Shown piece by piece: positions 10,131 through 23,277 of a DNA stretch of 64,000 nucleotides. The stretch is from Phyllobates terribilis (taxonomy: Eukaryota): positions 206,336,001 through 206,400,000 of the forward strand of contig NW_027362772.1 in assembly GCF_046119375.1 (NCBI RefSeq). Direction: 5' to 3'. The translations under genes and the position numbers were made by a program. Within the stretch, counting starts at the first letter, position 1, and each line of letters starts with the position of its first letter. The notes below the pieces were generated by a model, which did not search any database, was not told the DNA's origin, and was given only the letters and a program-made list of their open reading frames with translations.

Positions 10131-10613
10131 TATTTCTTGCATGTGTACCATCTTAGACCTCAGTTCACATTGCTTGGTTTTTTGTCTTGTTTGCATTCTG
10201 TGCAAATTAGGGGTGTGGCATCCCCCTTGATGAGCTGGTCAGTATATATGTAGCTTACCACGGGCTCAGGTGGTCTGATTTTGGGACCCGGTTCTATTTG
10301 TCTACCCTTTTATATGCATTACTTCAACTTTGATATACAGTAAGGTTTTTAATGTAGACAGTGAAGGACCGTCCCTATTAGGGTCACCTTGTCGCTGGTG
10401 GGACGGCTTGTATACTTTTTTTGATCAAAAATAGTTCACTAAGTACCCTATATTTCATATGCAACTTTGCTTTACATTTATATATAATGATGGTAGGGTA
10501 TGTGATATATTTTTTGTCTTTTGTAGGTTTTGTATCTTTTTGCTAGTGTGAACATGCTCTTATTTCTTGCATGTGTACCATCTTAGACCTCAGTTCATAT
10601 TGCTTGGTTTTTT
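10131..10613. repeat. ~54-bp direct repeats 430 bp apart
   Basis: TATTTCTTGCATGTGTACCATCTTAGACCTCAGTTCA(C/T)ATTGCTTGGTTTTTT at 10131 and 10561. Confidence 0.7.
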
Positions 10614-11559
10614 AAAAGATAAAGTATAACAGAGTCCATAAGCGAGCTAGGCTTTGCCCGCTCCGGGTAGCACAGAGAAGTCCCACCAAACACCAGTCCT
10701 TTGGTGTTGCTCTCTGGCTTCACCACACACAGCCTGGAGACTCCACTCTCCAGACCAGACTTGAGAAAAAAAAATAGTGACTGAACATTTAACATTGCTC
10801 AGCCACACCCTGAGGGGAGGTAGGGTGAATGATTTCCCACCCGATCTCTATGTCATTCACACCAAACCAATCCCATCAAAATGGTGATTAAACCCTCAAA
10901 CATATACCATGCTGGGGAAAGCTGTAGGTTGAGTTCACACAGGCTAGTAGCCATAGCAGTGACACATACCTCCCCTCATATATAACACCAGTGACCCTGT
11001 CACACCACGAAATCCCACCGATAGTATATCTGTCGCTGTGCAGGGCTGAGATCCCAACAGGGAAGGGAAGAAAAGTACATTCTAACAGATCATGGTGGTA
11101 TGGCATGGATCGCATGTAAACAGAACTCATAATACCAGAGTAAATGGATTTTTTGGGGGGTAATTTAGTCTCTGTTCACACGAGTATCATAGCTTATGTT
11201 TCCAACAGTAAACTCTGTCTCATAGTGGGTGCTCACTTCTATGACACCTACTCAGTAGGGGATATGTAAAAAGGATGTCTTACTAAAAGAACCCATGAAA
11301 GCGTCTAATATAAAGATCTGACATATAAAAACAATAAAATAAAAAAATCCCACAGAGAAATGAAAAAGGCTTTGTGCAGGATTGTAGAAAAAGATTGTAG
11401 CACTATTGTCCATGGGCCACATCTGATATTAAAACTTAGCACAAGTTACACGTTATCTCCACACACGTTATAACACTAGAGACAAGAGAGTGATGAGGGG
11501 TCAAAGCTAAAAACTAGATGACATGAATGGAGCACCAGGTCTTGTGGGGTGTTCCTGAT

Positions 11560-11670
11560 ATACAGTGGTTACAATATGCCCCTTCACACTGCAAAAACTG
11601 GAATGGTTGGAGGAACATGATATGCCGAAGGTTAAGGTGTTTCATTGGCCTCCAATTTCCCCAGATCTCA
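11560..11670 (+). pseudogene. Short Tc1 transposase remnant
   Basis: Translates to ...EWLEEHDMPKVKVFHWPPISPDL, resembling the Tc1 WPxxSPDLNPIE region. Confidence 0.55.
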
Positions 11671-12146
11671 AGTGATCGTAGGATGTGTGGTAAAACTCAA
11701 GTGAGAATCATGGAGGCTGCACCTTGCAAACATACTCAACCAAAGGCCATGTTCAGACGAGCGTATGCAAAATCATACATTTTTCATCCAGAAAAAAATA
11801 ACAATTTGTCATCTGTATGTAATCCGTGTGTACATTGTTGCGCGTCCGTACGGCATCCGTTTTTTACATGAAGAATTTAATAAATAATAAAAGGTCAGAT
11901 CTAGTCTCCTATCTTAATTATTGTAATGGATCTATGAAAAGCGCCTGGGACACGGCTCCGGGAATATGTTACGCCACTGATTTAGTCAGTAATCTGTGGT
12001 TGTCTTTTCCTCACTGGGATGTGACATACGGAGGAAGGAATCCATTGATCCGAGTAAATCACGGGATGTTCTGTGCTTTCTTAGCTGGTTATTCCATCCC
12101 TCCTTGTACACATTCACACTTATTTTGCCTTGTTCATTCTATCAAA

Positions 12147-12420
12147 GGAGTTGTCTCATCTTATTAAATTGGTAAAATTGCAAAGTGCCTGTTAAAACAA
12201 GCAGCTTTGTAATTTTCCCCTTACTAAAAATCGTCTCTGTCCTCAAGAATGGCGGGATTTTAATCCTGTAGGTTACAGCTCAACGCCGGGGTTATCGACC
12301 ACCTCCGAGGTGGCCGGTTTCTTAGACGAGGAGCTCATGCTTGCAAGCGGTTTGCTATACAGTTTGTAAGTGCTGCTCTGAAGCCGTCTGGATCCAGTGG
12401 TTCTGCCATCCACCAGCCTG
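12147..12420 (+). mobile_element. Old non-autonomous DNA transposon family; related copies at ~13430-13660 (-) and ~16235-16560 (+)
   Basis: Shared blocks GTAAAATTGCAAAGTGC..AAAACAAGCA..TAAAAATC..TCTGT..TCAAGAATG in three places, with an AAAGGAGTTG/TAAGGGGTT-type end resembling Kolobok/T2 MITEs. Confidence 0.45.
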
Positions 12421-15400
12421 AGCTGACAATCATTAAGACTGAACCTGGGAGACAGTAAAGTGGGGAGCTCCTATAGAAAGTGAGGCAACATTAAGGGAAT
12501 CTATGAAGACTCCTTTAAGGAAATTTTTCCTCTCTGACTGATCTTTCTGTCTTAAGGCTCCCAGACAAATAAGACAACTGCCAGCCAAAAAGATGAACGT
12601 TCCAGCATGAGTTATCTCTCCTGGCTCTCCCACACTTAGGAATGTTCTGCTGAGCAGAGTGTTCCTTTGCTGTTTTCCATAAGAAAGTCACTGCCAGACT
12701 CCCCTGGCAGCTGATTATCTTCTGCCAAACAAAAGGATTGGTCGTTAAAATGTCAACAGCTGAATCCTTCTCTCCCCTAACATCATCTGTTGGAGTGGGA
12801 AGACTTTGGAGACCCCCATGAACATTAGATAATCAAAATGTGTGGTATTGGACAACTTCGAATTTGCATGGGGGCCTTTAGACTGACACCAAAACTGATT
12901 AAAAAACACATCAGCTGACGTCAAGCTATTTCATCCTTTTCCTGATTTTCTTGGGGCATCTGACCAGGAGCCGGATAAAAAAAGTTATGATCCAGCAAAT
13001 GAACTTGTCCGGCACAACAACTGTTACACTGGAAAGGTGGGAAAGATTCTACTGAAAACAGTGGGACGCGTTCCTCCTTCAGTTTCCATCTAGCAGTTTG
13101 CTAAATTGATGAATGCAAGGCAGGGTCTAATTTATAACAAAGACGAGGTTAAATTAATGCTAACATTTCACACATCAATTAACTAAACTGATTCCTAGAT
13201 ATAATAAAGTAAATGTACATCTCTAGATTTATGTCAATGCCATATGATTTGTGTTTATTATGGGATTAAAGGCTTATTCTCATCTGTTGTTTTTCGGAGC
13301 GCACCACTCCCCATCTCCGAGCTTCCTGTTTGCCGACAGGTGGTGCACTGCTGATTGATGTACAGTTGGGACCACCTGCATGGTCGTGCCGCTGGCCTGA
13401 ACTGTGTGCAAGCAAACCATAGCCGGTTTTGCAACATCGAAGGAGCGCTGTTGGATGTAGCAATCCAGCCAGCCTTAGAGCAGCATTTACAAGCTCAATA
13501 GAAAAGAGCTTGTAAGCAGTATACTCCCTGCCCAGGAGACTGGCCGATAAGCTTTGCAACAAGCCGCATATAATAAGATTAAAAATCCCTCCATTCTTGA
13601 TATCGGAGAGGATTTTTAATATTGCAAAGTTGCTTGTTTTTCTTGACTGAAGTAACTCGTGCTTCCCACCATCTTTCTCTTTCACTAGTGCCGAGGCTCA
13701 GGCCCACTTACTATCTGTATAGCTTGTGCATTAACATGACCATTTTGCTGATATTATTTGGTGGTGCTGACGAGTTATTTTGTGGCTGCATCTCTTAGGA
13801 AGAATTAGTAAATGTTTCCCGCTACCCAACCCCCTCCTATTGCAGATTGTTCTGCACTGTCAGGCCATTAAATAACCACTCTCTTCTTCCAGTCTGTGCT
13901 TTTTCCAGCCAGGCGTCTTAGAAATATCTTTCTCAGTAAGGATTTTGTACTGTGCTAAAGGATGCAATGAGGTTCATGCGACAGTATCCATGTAGAACAT
14001 GACTGCACAATGACAAGCAGTGCAATATTACAGACTCAAGAAATATTGGGAAGTTATAAGCTGTCAGGGTTATGGAACGGGTTCAGTAAAGCACTTAGGA
14101 CACGGCTGATGGGGTCTGCGTCACTGCTCTGTGGGGTACCAAGGGAGAAGAATCAATACTTGTGATAGCGCCTGGGAGATCCAGTTATAGGAAGTTTCCA
14201 GCAATTACAGTAAGATTCCCTTAATATAGCAACAGTTTGCCTGAAAAACCAATGTGCACCCAAAATGGTCTGTGATATTTAGTCCAGTGATTAGTGAACA
14301 GGTTTATCTGGGACTTTAACACTGATGGCCTTGACGGGGCTTTCAAGCTTCAGAAAACCCCTTTCCCATGATTTCAGTTTGTATTAAACAAAACAAACTT
14401 TTGCCTTACCCAGCCTCCCTCGGTTTGGTGCTGAGCCTCTGCTCCCGCAGGGTTGAGCTGAGGGGTCATCGTACTGTGTGAGGAGCCATGATACTGTGTG
14501 AGAGTCTGTGGAGGCAATCATACTGTGTGGGAAGTTGTGGGGCTATCATCAGGGGTGTCCTGGCTTTCACCCTTTAATCCCTATACAGGGATTTGGAGTT
14601 ACACAGGGTCACTGAAGTCCTTGGAGTAGTCGCTAGCAGATGGGAGTCGGGTGGCCGGAATGGTCAAGTTACCAGTTCAGAACCAGTAGGGCAGACAAGC
14701 AACGAGATAGACATACAGAAAAATAGTCAAGAAAGGAACCGAGATCAGAATGGGAAAAACCACATGAGCTAAACTACAGATGTGACCCAGGGAAAACATA
14801 ACTATATCTGGCAACTCCCAGCAGTAAGCTGGGAGTTTAGTAGGGTGCGGTGCTGTCCCATTGTCCAAATAAAGGAGCTGATTACTCCAGCAACACACCC
14901 GCCCATACTGCCAGACTTGACAGGACTACAGGTCCCAGCCACCCTAGTCTCAGTGGTTGGTATGGTTGGAAGTCAGATTTTCATCACCTTTCGCCTACTG
15001 TGTCTGTGAACCTTTGTATATGAGGTTGTCTCACATAACTTAGCTCTTCATCTCACAACAGATCACTTATCAACCTGAAGGTGTAAATGAGGAAGATTTG
15101 TAGAAATTAAATCACACTGTGTGAACAGGTATCAAAGTCAGTACTAAGGAGAAGTGCAGGGGCTGCAAAAACAATCCAAACGTTTCTCTCATTTTCTAAA
15201 GAGCCTTCAAAAATATTAGAGTTTGAACCTCGAGCTCTCCGCCATTGTTCTCACGCAGTTTCTCCATAGTTACAAATCATTTCTCCGATGTCATAGCTAT
15301 ATATAAGACTATATTGCTCTCTCTAATCCTTCCCACTTCACTATTATTTCCAATCTTCTGCAAAGTCCATGACATTGTGCCAAAAGATAAATGTATTTCC

Positions 15401-18400
15401 CTGCACTAATGAACAATGTCCTTTTCTTTTGTGCTAATACATTCTTCTGGAAAATGTTGTTTGCTGATACAGGAGAGGAGAAAACAATATTTGTTCCCTG
15501 GCCTCAACTGTCCACAAGGTTACAATTAGCCGTCCACAAAATAACTTCTCCAGTCCCCAGTCAGCGCACAGTCTCACACCGACAATCCAGTTTGCATGAC
15601 TGCACAATTATCCCATTCCGTTTAGCCATTTATTTATTTTTTATTTATTTTTCTAGCTGTAAAAACAATAAAGATTCTTTAAAATGTCTTATCTAAACAG
15701 TAAAAAGCCGCCCCTTCCTTAACCACTGCTGGAAGTGAGTTATCCACTACACCTCCTTTAATCTCATTGTGCAGCAGTCTGTGTTGTACGCCTTTGTTGT
15801 TTTCCCGCTAAAGTCTTCGGGGTAATACTATATCCTTCCTGAGTTATTTTACCTTATTGTCAAGGAGCGATCCTCTATTTCAACCTTTAAAACAGAACCT
15901 TATAAGGAGCTAAAAGAAACAATGTAGCAGCCTAAAAGAAACAATATTTTGCGCTCCAGCACACACAAACTTCCTATGACATAATTTCTGAAATAATAGT
16001 ACTTATAGTAGTTTGCGGAAACCAACATTTGACACAGAATTTTTTTGCCATTATCAAGACTAAAACACACAAAATGTATTTTTTAACATCCAAAAATATG
16101 GAAATAACTATTTATCAACTAATACAGTGTATATTATTATTCATTTATGCTACAGTCTATGCAGATATATGGGGATCATTCAAAACTGTCTTTTAACTGA
16201 CATCTTTACTATTTCCAAATTATTTACAGCATTTAAGGGGTTATTTTTAATTCTGTTTTTAAATGGGTAAAATGGCAAAGTGCTGATAAAAACAAGCAAT
16301 GTTGCATACTCCTTGTTATTAAAAATCCTCTCTGTTCTCAAGAATGAAGGGAGTTATGATTTTCTGGTTTACTGCTCAGCACCTACATTAGCAGCCATTG
16401 CCGAACTTGCAGTGCTTACAAGCCCTTTCCAATAGAGCTTGTAAATGCTGATATAGAGCTGGTCAGACAGTTGATGGCTGATGCACACTCTTAGCTCTCA
16501 ATCCGGCCAATCAGAAGACAAGAGAGAACTGCTTCATTTTAAGGGTAATTCCTATGCTGCAGATTTTGTCACTGAAAGTTTGCAACTTATGGATTCATCA
16601 GAAAAAAAAACACTTTTTAGATGAATTAAACTGATTTTTGCATAAATTTTTGCAACAAAATCTGCAGTCTTTCTAGAATAGACATTTATTACCTATAAAC
16701 CCCACTGTGAAGATCGGAGGTTGTGGGTTCTAATAATCAACTAGGCAGGTTAACAATGTAACTATTTTTATTCTTTACATCCAAGGTCTTACAGCAATAC
16801 CGCTTAGATGGTCAAAATGCGATGTTCCCAATCCACAAGATCTCATCCTGGGATCGGTAGTTCTACTGCCCCCACACCAGGCGATACCCACTGTGTCCCA
16901 ACATTTGGTTGTCCCACAGCTGTTGCATCTCCCGCCAGTATAGTCTGCAGTCACAGCCCATGCTCCTCCAGTCGATGGATCCCACGACTGTAGCATGTGT
17001 ATCCAACTCCAGCCAGCAACAACAATCCTTAAGATGGTTCCTCACATCCAGACAATAGATATCATGACCTTAACATGCGTATCAAGCTCCAGCCAGCAAC
17101 AACCTCTCCATTTCCTCGTCAGTGTCCTAAATAACCCAGGCCGCCCCCCTGGAATTGAGCCTGGCCCTTGGGAAACAACCCCTCCAAGGCTAACTGTGCA
17201 TTGGTGGAGGTATTTTACTGAAGACGAGCCCCATCACCTGGGACTGAATGTGAGACCCCCCGTGGTGACAGCTCCACTAGGTCTACTATACCCATCCACA
17301 CAATGGGACTAGTGACTGGGAGAACAATGGCTTGAGGCCCCTGAGACACTAACAAGAATAATGGAATGATTGCTTTACCTGATTACCAATCTTGGATCTG
17401 GCCTTATGCATGCATAAGACCCAGCCCGCATGTCTTTCTCTGCTTAGTGTCACTGAATGGAAACATTGATTCCTGAGGTTGAACTGCAGAGTAAGCAAAT
17501 CTCTAATAAAACACAGCACTAAGATCTAAGTAACCGGTGCTTTGTGCTGGAGATCCCTTAGAGCCATGGATTCCGCTCTACGTCCATTGGTCCAATAGTC
17601 TTTAGAACAAGGACAGCTCCTCACAGACTTTGAATGAAGCAGTGCACATGGTTGTGCGACTTCATCTAACTTTTTCCTATTTGTGCAAAACTTCCACAAG
17701 ACTTCGGACCCTAGTTTAAGTGAGTGCTATTGGTCCTTTCACTGACACTACAAGCAATCAGATATTTTATCACCTATTCTGTTTATTCTGTCATTGTGGA
17801 TAAATGTCCTTTGTGGGAAAACCTAATGTGACGTCTAACATAATGACGTACATACTATGAAACCAATGAAAATATAGCTAACAAGCTTCTTCTTATAGAT
17901 AGGAGCTCTGCACAGAACTCTGCAGAGTATCACTAGACAGAGAACTGGCTGTGATTAAAAAAAAAGAAAGTTGAGGATTTAGTTTGAAAAATGCTGTGAA
18001 GCTGCTGCACTTTTCACCCTTTGCAGTAATAATTTAGTATTATTCCTCAAGTATTGTATTTAGAGATGAGCGTTGTTCGACTCGAACTGTTCGCCAATCT
18101 CAAATTCGAGCTGTTTTGGGCGGTGTTCGAGCCGTTCGGCGAACACGAACGATTTGAGAAAAATTCGGCTGTTCGAGGTTATGTTCGATAACTGTTCGTG
18201 CACCAAAATCATAACTGGATTTTTTCTCAGTAATGATGAAAATTAATGTTAATACGCAGTTTGAGTGTACAGCGGGGTGGGGGGAGGGGCAGGGGATGGA
18301 TCTCTGCAGGAACAATGAAGATCTCCATTTTTTTTTCTCTTTCCCGCATTTGCAGTGGGGAGGTGCAATCTGTCAGCCTATCAGCAGCGCACACACGGAG

Positions 18401-18976
18401 CGAAGTGCTTTTTTTCACACAAGCAAGGGCATGTGTCATTGGCAGTGTATGTCACATGTCCTTGCCCTATAAGACCAAGCCATTTTCCCCGTCGCCACCA
18501 TTTTCTCACTGCTGCAGCTTCGTGTTAGACGGCACCGCTGTTGCTGTGTGCGCTATACCTTGTTAATTTCAAGCCAATTTTCGCACAAATCTACAGATAG
18601 CTTGGGAGTAGAGAATAGTTGTGATTGCAGTCCTTTTAAGGACTAGGTTACAGCATTTCCTACGACTTTTATCAGGCAGGTCTGTGCTCTTAAATAGATA
18701 GATTGTGGGAGTAAAGACTAATTGTAATTGGAGTCCTTTTCAGGACTAGGTTACATCAGTTCCTATCAGTTTTTGCCAGGCAGGTCTGTGCCAGTGCTGT
18801 GCAAGTTTTTTTCACAGCATTTGGCTGAATCTAGCAAAGCTAATCCTTTTTGGCCTATTGCAGAGTGTGTTAGTCAGTGGAGTAGCCTATCTGTGTTGCA
18901 AGATATACCACCTGTGTATAGAATACCAATTTTTTTACTGCACCTAGTGAAGTAAAATCTTTTGGGCATAGCATCA

Positions 18977-21460
18977 TTCTATTAGTCCATCTATACTGAC
19001 CTCCATCAGGTTGCAAATTGAATATAATTTTTTTCTGCATCTAGCTCTGAAAAAATATTTGGCCTTCTAGCAGTGTGTGGGACTTGTTCTATTAGTCCAT
19101 CTATACTGACCTCCATCAGGTTGCAAATTAAAAATAATTTTTTGTCTGCATCTAGCTCTGAAAAAATATTTGGGCTTCTAGCAGTGTGTGGGACTTTCTC
19201 TATTAGTCCATCTACACTGACCTCCATCAGGTTGCAAATTAAAAATAATTTTTTGTCTGCATCTAGCTCTGAAAAAATATTTGGCCTTCTAGCAGTGTGT
19301 GGGACTTTCTCTATTAGTCCATCTATACTGACCTCCATCAGGTTGCAAACTGAATATATTTTTTTTCTGCATCTACCTCTGAAAAAATATTTGGGCTTCT
19401 AGCTGTGTGTGGGACTTGTTCTATTAGTCCATCTATACTGACCTCCATCAGGTTGCAAACTAAATATAATTTTTTTCTGCATCTAGCTCTGAAAAAATAT
19501 TTGGCCTTCTAGCAGTCTGTGGGACTTTCTCTATTAGTCCATCTATACTGACCTCCATCAGGTTGCAAATTAAAAATAATTTTTATCTGCATCTAGCTCT
19601 GAAAAAATATTTGGCCTTCTAGCAGTGTGTGGGACTTTCTCTATTAGTCCATCTATACTGACCTCCATCATATTGCAAATTAAAAATAATTTTTATCTGC
19701 ATCTACCTCTGAAAAAATATTTGGGCTTCTAGCTGTGTGTGGGACTTGTTCTATTAGTCCATCTATACTGACCTCCATCAGGTTGCAAACTGAATATAAT
19801 TTTTTTCTGCATCTAGCTCTGAAAAAATATTTGGCCTTCTAGCAGTGTGTGGGACTTTCTCTATTAGTCCATCTATACTGACCTCCATCAGGTTGCAAAT
19901 TAAAAATAATTTTTTGTCTGCATCTAGCTCTGAAAAAATATTTGGCCTTCTAGCTGTGTGTGGGACTTTCTCTATTAGTCCATCTATACTGACCTCCATC
20001 AGGCTGCAAATTAAAAATATTTTTTATCTGCATCTACCTCTGAAAAAATATTTGGCCTTCTAGCTGTGTGTGGGACTTGTTCTATTAGTCCATCTATACT
20101 GACCTCCATCAGGTTTCAAATTAAAAATAATTTTTATCTGCATCTACCTCTGAAAAATATTTGGCCTTCTAGCTGTGTGTGGGACTTTCTCTATTAGTCC
20201 ATCTATACTGACCTCCATCAGGCTGCAAATTAAAAATAATTTTTATCTGCATCTACCTCTGAAAAAATATTTGGCCTTCTAGCTGTGTGTGGGACTTGTT
20301 CTATTAGTCCATCTATACTGACCTCCATCAGGTTGCAAACTGAATATAATTTTTTTCTGCATCTAGCTCTGAAAAAATATTTGGCCTTCTAGCAGCGTGT
20401 GGGACTTTCTCTATTAGTTCATCTATACTGACCTCCATCAGGTTGCAAATTAAAAATAATTTATATCTGCATCTAGCTCTGAAAAAATATTTGGCCTTCT
20501 AGCAGTGTGTGGGACTTTATTAGTCCATCTATACTGACCTCCATCAGGTTGCAAATTAAAAATAATTTTTTGTCTGCATCTAGCTCTGAAAAAATATTTG
20601 GCCTTCTAGCAGTGTGTGGGACTTGTTCTATTAATCCATCTATACTGACCTCCATCAGGTTGCAAACTGAATATATTTTTTTTCTGCATCTACCTCTGAA
20701 AAAATATTGGGCTTCTAGCTGTGTGTGGGACTTGTTCTATTAATCGATCTATACAGACCTCCATCAGGTTGCAAACTGAATATAATTTTTTTCTGCATCT
20801 ACCTCTGAAAAAATATTTGGGCTTCTAGCGGTGTGTGGGACTTGTTCTATTAATCCATCTATACAGACCTCCATCAGGTTGCAAACTGAATATAATTTTT
20901 TTCTGCATCTACCTCTGAAAAAATATTTGGGCTTCTAGCTGTGTGTGGGACTTGTTCTATTAGTCCATCTATACTGACCTCCATCAGGTTGCAAACTGAA
21001 TATAATTTTTTTCTGCATCTAGCTCTGAAAAAATATTTGGCCTTCTAGCAGTGTGTGGGACTTTCTCTATTAGTCCATCTATACTGACCTCCATCAGGTT
21101 GCAAATTAAAAATATTTTTTTGTCTGCATCTAGCTCTGAAAAAATATTTGGCCTTCTAGCAGTGTGTGGGACTTTCTCTATTAGTCCATCTATACTGACC
21201 TCCATCAGGTTGCAAACTGAATATATTTTTTTTCTGCATCTACCTCTGAAAAAATATTTGGGCTTCTAGCTGTGTGTAGGACTTGTTCTATTAGTCCATC
21301 TATACTGACCTCCATCAGGTTGCAAACTGAATACAATTTTTTTCTGCATCTACCTCTGAAAAAATATTTGGGCTTCTAGCTGTGTGTGGGACTTGTTCTA
21401 TTAGTCCATCTATACTGACCTCCATCAGGTTGCAAATTGAATATAATTTTTTTCTGCATC
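18977..21460. repeat. Tandem array of ~22 copies of a 110-111-bp unit inside the hAT element
   Basis: ATTAGTCCATCTA recurs at 18981, 19091, 19202, 19313 and onward. Two variant classes (CAAATTAAAAATAAT versus CAAACTGAATAT) are interspersed. Confidence 0.95.
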
Positions 21461-21578
21461 TTACCCAGCCAATAGTTTTGGCCTAATACCACAGTTTGGC
21501 CACTCAGCTCTGCTCGGTTCCCATCCATTGTTTTTTTGTGAAAACAACTCCAGAGTTGTGAATTAGTTAACCACCAAA

Positions 21579-23276
21579 ATGAGTGGAAAAAGGCCTGCTG
21601 CTGGTGGAAAGGGTAATAGGCGTGTTGGGAAGGGGAAAAAAGGTTGTGTCCGTGGGGTAGGTGTTAAAGCAACAGTAACATCTGCAGAAGAAAGACCATC
21701 TTCCAGCCAAACTAAAATGTCTACTTCTTTTAGCGGACAATGTGATAAGATCCCTTTCTTACGGCCACGCCAATTGCTACAAATTCCAGATGAGGCACAA
21801 AAACAGCAGGTGCTTCAACGGATATCAAGTGCTCCTTTAAGTGGGCTCTCCTCCACATCAACTTCAACATCACAAATACTCCAGTCCTCAAAGGTGTCAC
21901 CCCAATCACACTTGCTTCCTCACAGCTCCCAAATCTCCAGCTGCCCGTCTGAGTATGAGGTAGAACAGATGGTTGAGTCTGCAGAGCTGTTTACTTATAC
22001 TATAGCCTGGGAATCAGAGGTCGACTCCAGCGCTTCTGTGAATCCAGACGAGGAAATGATCTGCACTGATGCCCAGAATCTTTATGAGTCGGATTCAGGA
22101 CCAGACGCAGAAGGTTCTGACCATAATGTAGACCCTCATTCCCAAACTGTAACTCCTGTTGGTGGAGACAATGAGGAAGACGATGATGAGACTCAAATAC
22201 CTGATTGGAGCGACAACTTTAGTTTTTTGTCAGGGCAGGAACAGGTTGGCTCTGAGGACGACGGGTGTGATAACGCACAGGGTTATGATGATGAGGTTGG
22301 AGATCCCACTTACTGTCAACCCACAGTCAGCCAAGAGATGAGGTCAGCAGAGGAGGTGGAGGAAGATGCAAGTGACGACGAGGTCAGGTTGCGCCTTCCT
22401 GGACAGAGACGTAGTACTGGAAGCACGTCAACAACTGCATCCTCAAACACAACTCTGCCTCTCACCACAAGTCGTGGTGGCTCTTCAGGTCGCATGGGTG
22501 CTAAGCCTTGCATAGCCTGGGCATTTTTTCAGATCGATAAAGATGACCCAACTCGTGTTATCTGTAACATTTGTCAGCAAAAGCTAAGTAGAGGCCAAAA
22601 AATACATAGTTTGAGTACTTCATGCATGAACCGGCACATGGACATGAAGCATAAGTTGCAGTGGGAAGCTCAGTGTGCTACAATGCGGCCTAGCCGGCAG
22701 GGCCAACCACCGTCTGCCATATCTTGTGCATCCGCGGCCTCTTCATCCTCTGTGACTGAGGGGACAGCAGTCACACCTGTTTTGGGGCGCAGACCTGCCA
22801 CCTCTTTACCCGCAACAGCCAGCGTGATTGGCAGGTCATCATTTTCTTTGGAGGTGGTAACACCAGCTGGTGTTGAGCGCTGTCCGACATCGATAGCACC
22901 ACCTTTGGATCAAGGCAACCTAACATGTCCGCCTGCATCTTCCTCACAGACCGGCAGTTTGCCGGGGACACCCTTATCAACCCCGTCTAAGCACAATAGC
23001 CAGCCCTCGGTCCCTCAGATGTGGACAAGTAAAAGACCATTTCCTCCTAGCCATGAGAAAGCTAAGAGGTTGAATTTCACCATCTGCAAGCTCTTGGCTA
23101 CAGAAATGCTGCCTTTCCGCCTGGTGGACACAGAGGATTTTCGAGACCTTATGTCCGTCGCAGTGCCCCAGTACCAGATGCCCAGTCGGCACTACTTCTC
23201 AAAGAAAGGTGTGCCTGCGCTCCACCAGCATGTCGCACACAACATCACCGCTTCTTTGAGAAACTCTGTGTGTGAC
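21579..23276 (+). pseudogene. hAT transposase, N-terminal half (acidic extension, BED zinc finger), truncated
   Basis: 566 open codons including AWAFF..VICNICQQ..RHMDMKH (BED) and EMLPFRLVDTEDFRDLM..YQMPSRHYFS. It stops at NSVCD and joins Tc1 sequence; the segment with the first catalytic Asp is missing. Confidence 0.9.
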
Positions 23277-23277
23277 A

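Noticed and set aside
14062-14922. Possible old solo LTR (TGTCAG...TTGACA)
   Set aside because: No matching TSD and no partner copy in the window.
16775-17312. Cluster of short ORFs with a small internal duplication and minus-strand AATAAA
   Set aside because: No recognisable domain or element ends.
18977-21460. CRISPR-like array or repetitive protein ORFs (MEVSIDGLIEKVPH...)
   Set aside because: The units are contiguous with no unique spacers and the context is eukaryotic; the ORFs are by-products of a 111-bp (3n) period.
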